From: Tubiluchus corallicola
Taxonomy: Eukaryota; Animalia; Priapulida
Reading direction: 5' to 3'
DNA length: 64,000 nucleotides
Assembly (NCBI GenBank): GCA_030141605.1
Contig: JAQGDQ010000884.1
Span: forward strand, 20,170 to 84,169
Part shown: positions 62,501 through 64,000 of the stretch, one piece after another
Numbering within the stretch: the first letter of the stretch is position 1
How the letters are laid out: each line of letters begins with the position of its first letter
Made by a program: the position numbers and the translations under genes
Notes under the pieces: generated by a model
What the model was told of the DNA's origin: nothing
Databases searched by the model: none
Seen by the model: only the letters and a program-made list of their open reading frames with translations

Positions 62501-62980
62501 CTTTCCATGTGCAAGATTTAGTGTGCGTTGCAGTGTGCGGAAAAGTAAGTTCACTGTAGTTGCGTGTCACTGTTTCCATGTGCATGATTTAGTGTGGGTT
62601 GCAGTGTGCGGAAAAGTGAGTTCGCTGTAGTTGCGTGTCACTGTTTCCATGTGCATGATTTAGTATGCGTTGCAGTGCATGGAAAAGTAAGTTCACTGTA
62701 GTTGCGTGTCACTGTTTCCATGTGCATGATTTAGTGTGCATTGCAGTGTGCGGAAAAGTAAGTTCGCTGTAGTTGCGTGTCACTGTTTCCATGTGCATGA
62801 TTCGTTGCAGTGCATGGAAAAGTAAGTTCACTGTAGTTGCGTGTCACTGTTTCCATGTGCATGATTTAGTGTGCGTTGCAGTGCGCGGAAAAGTAAGTTC
62901 ACTGTAGTTGCGTGTCACTGTTTCCATGTGCACGATTTAGTGTGCGGAAAAGTAAGTTCACTGTAGTTGTGTGTCACTCG
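62501..62980. repeat. Tandem repeat, ~71 bp x6-7
   Basis: tttccatgtgcatgatttagtgtgcgttgcagtgtgcggaaaagtaagttcactgtagttgcgtgtcactg. Confidence 0.9.
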
Positions 62981-63169
62981 AGCTGGTATTTCCTCGCAGA
63001 TGGAAAAGTCGCTCTTCAAGTGACTTTCTGCCAGTGGGCTGGGTAAAAGGACACTCATGCATGCTCAGATTATGTAAATACCTTAATAATGGCCAGCAAC
63101 AGGTCGGAAATTCTGAACTTACTTCTCCGACGAAGACAGAGAAATCGTTTATTGCAATTAAAGTAAATA

Positions 63170-63745
63170 CCACTCAGTGAACAGCACAGGAGCCACTGGT
63201 TCTGGGTTCATGACATACTCAAACAACGACATGAGTTTGAAGGATACTATCACTCAGTGATGAATGCAGGAGCCACGGGTTCTGGGTCCATGACATACTC
63301 AAACAACGACATGAGTTTGAAGGATACTATCACTCAGTGATGAATGCAGAAGCCACAGGTTCTGGATCCATGACATACTCAAGCAACGACATAACTTTGG
63401 AGGATACTATCACTCAGCGATGAATGCAGGACCCACAGGTTCTGGATCCATGACATACTCAAACAACGACATGAGTTTGGAGGATACTATCACTCAGTGA
63501 TGAATGCAGGAGCCACAGGTTCTGGATCCATGACATACTCAAGCAACGACATAACTTTGGAGGATACTATCACTCAGCGATGAATGCAGGACCCACAGGT
63601 TCTGGATCCATGACATACTCAAACAACGACATGAGTTTGGAGGATACTATCACTCAGTGATGAATGCAGGAGCCACAGGTTCTGGATCCATGACATACTC
63701 AAGCAACGACATAACTTTGAAGGATACTATCACTCAGCGATGAAT
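63170..63745. repeat. Tandem repeat, 80 bp x7, with alternating variants (160-bp dimer)
   Basis: cactcagtgatgaatgcaggagccacaggttctggatccatgacatactc...; aagc/ataact and aaac/atgagt units alternate. Confidence 0.9.
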
Positions 63746-64000
63746 TCAAAAAACACGGGTTCAAGGGTGTTGTTGTTCACATCATTTACTCTGGAAGATC
63801 TTAATATTTCATGGTCGACTTGTACACAGGTAATATATAAAATAATGCAATTTTTGGTCTTAAATGCACATCGACATGTACATAAGGTCAACTTGTACAC
63901 AGGTATATACAGTATCAGCTATGTAAACATTTTTACATTGTTGTTCATTCTACTAATTTTTAATGTATTCCACTAGAATTTAGACGAGGTTGTTATTTCT

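Overview
AT-rich, intron-rich eukaryotic DNA, most likely from an invertebrate animal; there are no prokaryotic operons or CRISPR arrays. Three protein-coding loci can be rebuilt from GT-AG splice sites and reading-frame continuity. (1) A type I fatty acid synthase on the minus strand (FASN-like, KS-MAT-DH-pseudoMT-pseudoKR-ER-KR-ACP-TE). It has 23 coding exons between 62457 and 25719, encoding about 2455 aa in the window; the first coding exon lies beyond the right edge. (2) A complete 7-exon class I SAM methyltransferase (284 aa, 6554-16719, +), plus the last exon of a tandem paralog at 220-307. (3) A 188-aa predicted two-TM protein with two PPxY motifs (22273-23004, +). Introns and intergenic DNA hold about 20 different minisatellite or satellite arrays, hAT/Tc1/piggyBac-like MITEs, a Helitron, CR1/L2 LINE fragments and a 5S-rRNA-headed SINE with target-site duplications. 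Leads worth following: a possible FAS plus free-standing methyltransferase cluster; a 5S-SINE whose second copy lacks almost exactly the 5S module; satellites apparently arising from transposon sequence; and a 2.56-kb intronless ER-KR-ACP-TE exon. Coordinates were read by eye, and repeat boundaries may be off by a few bases.
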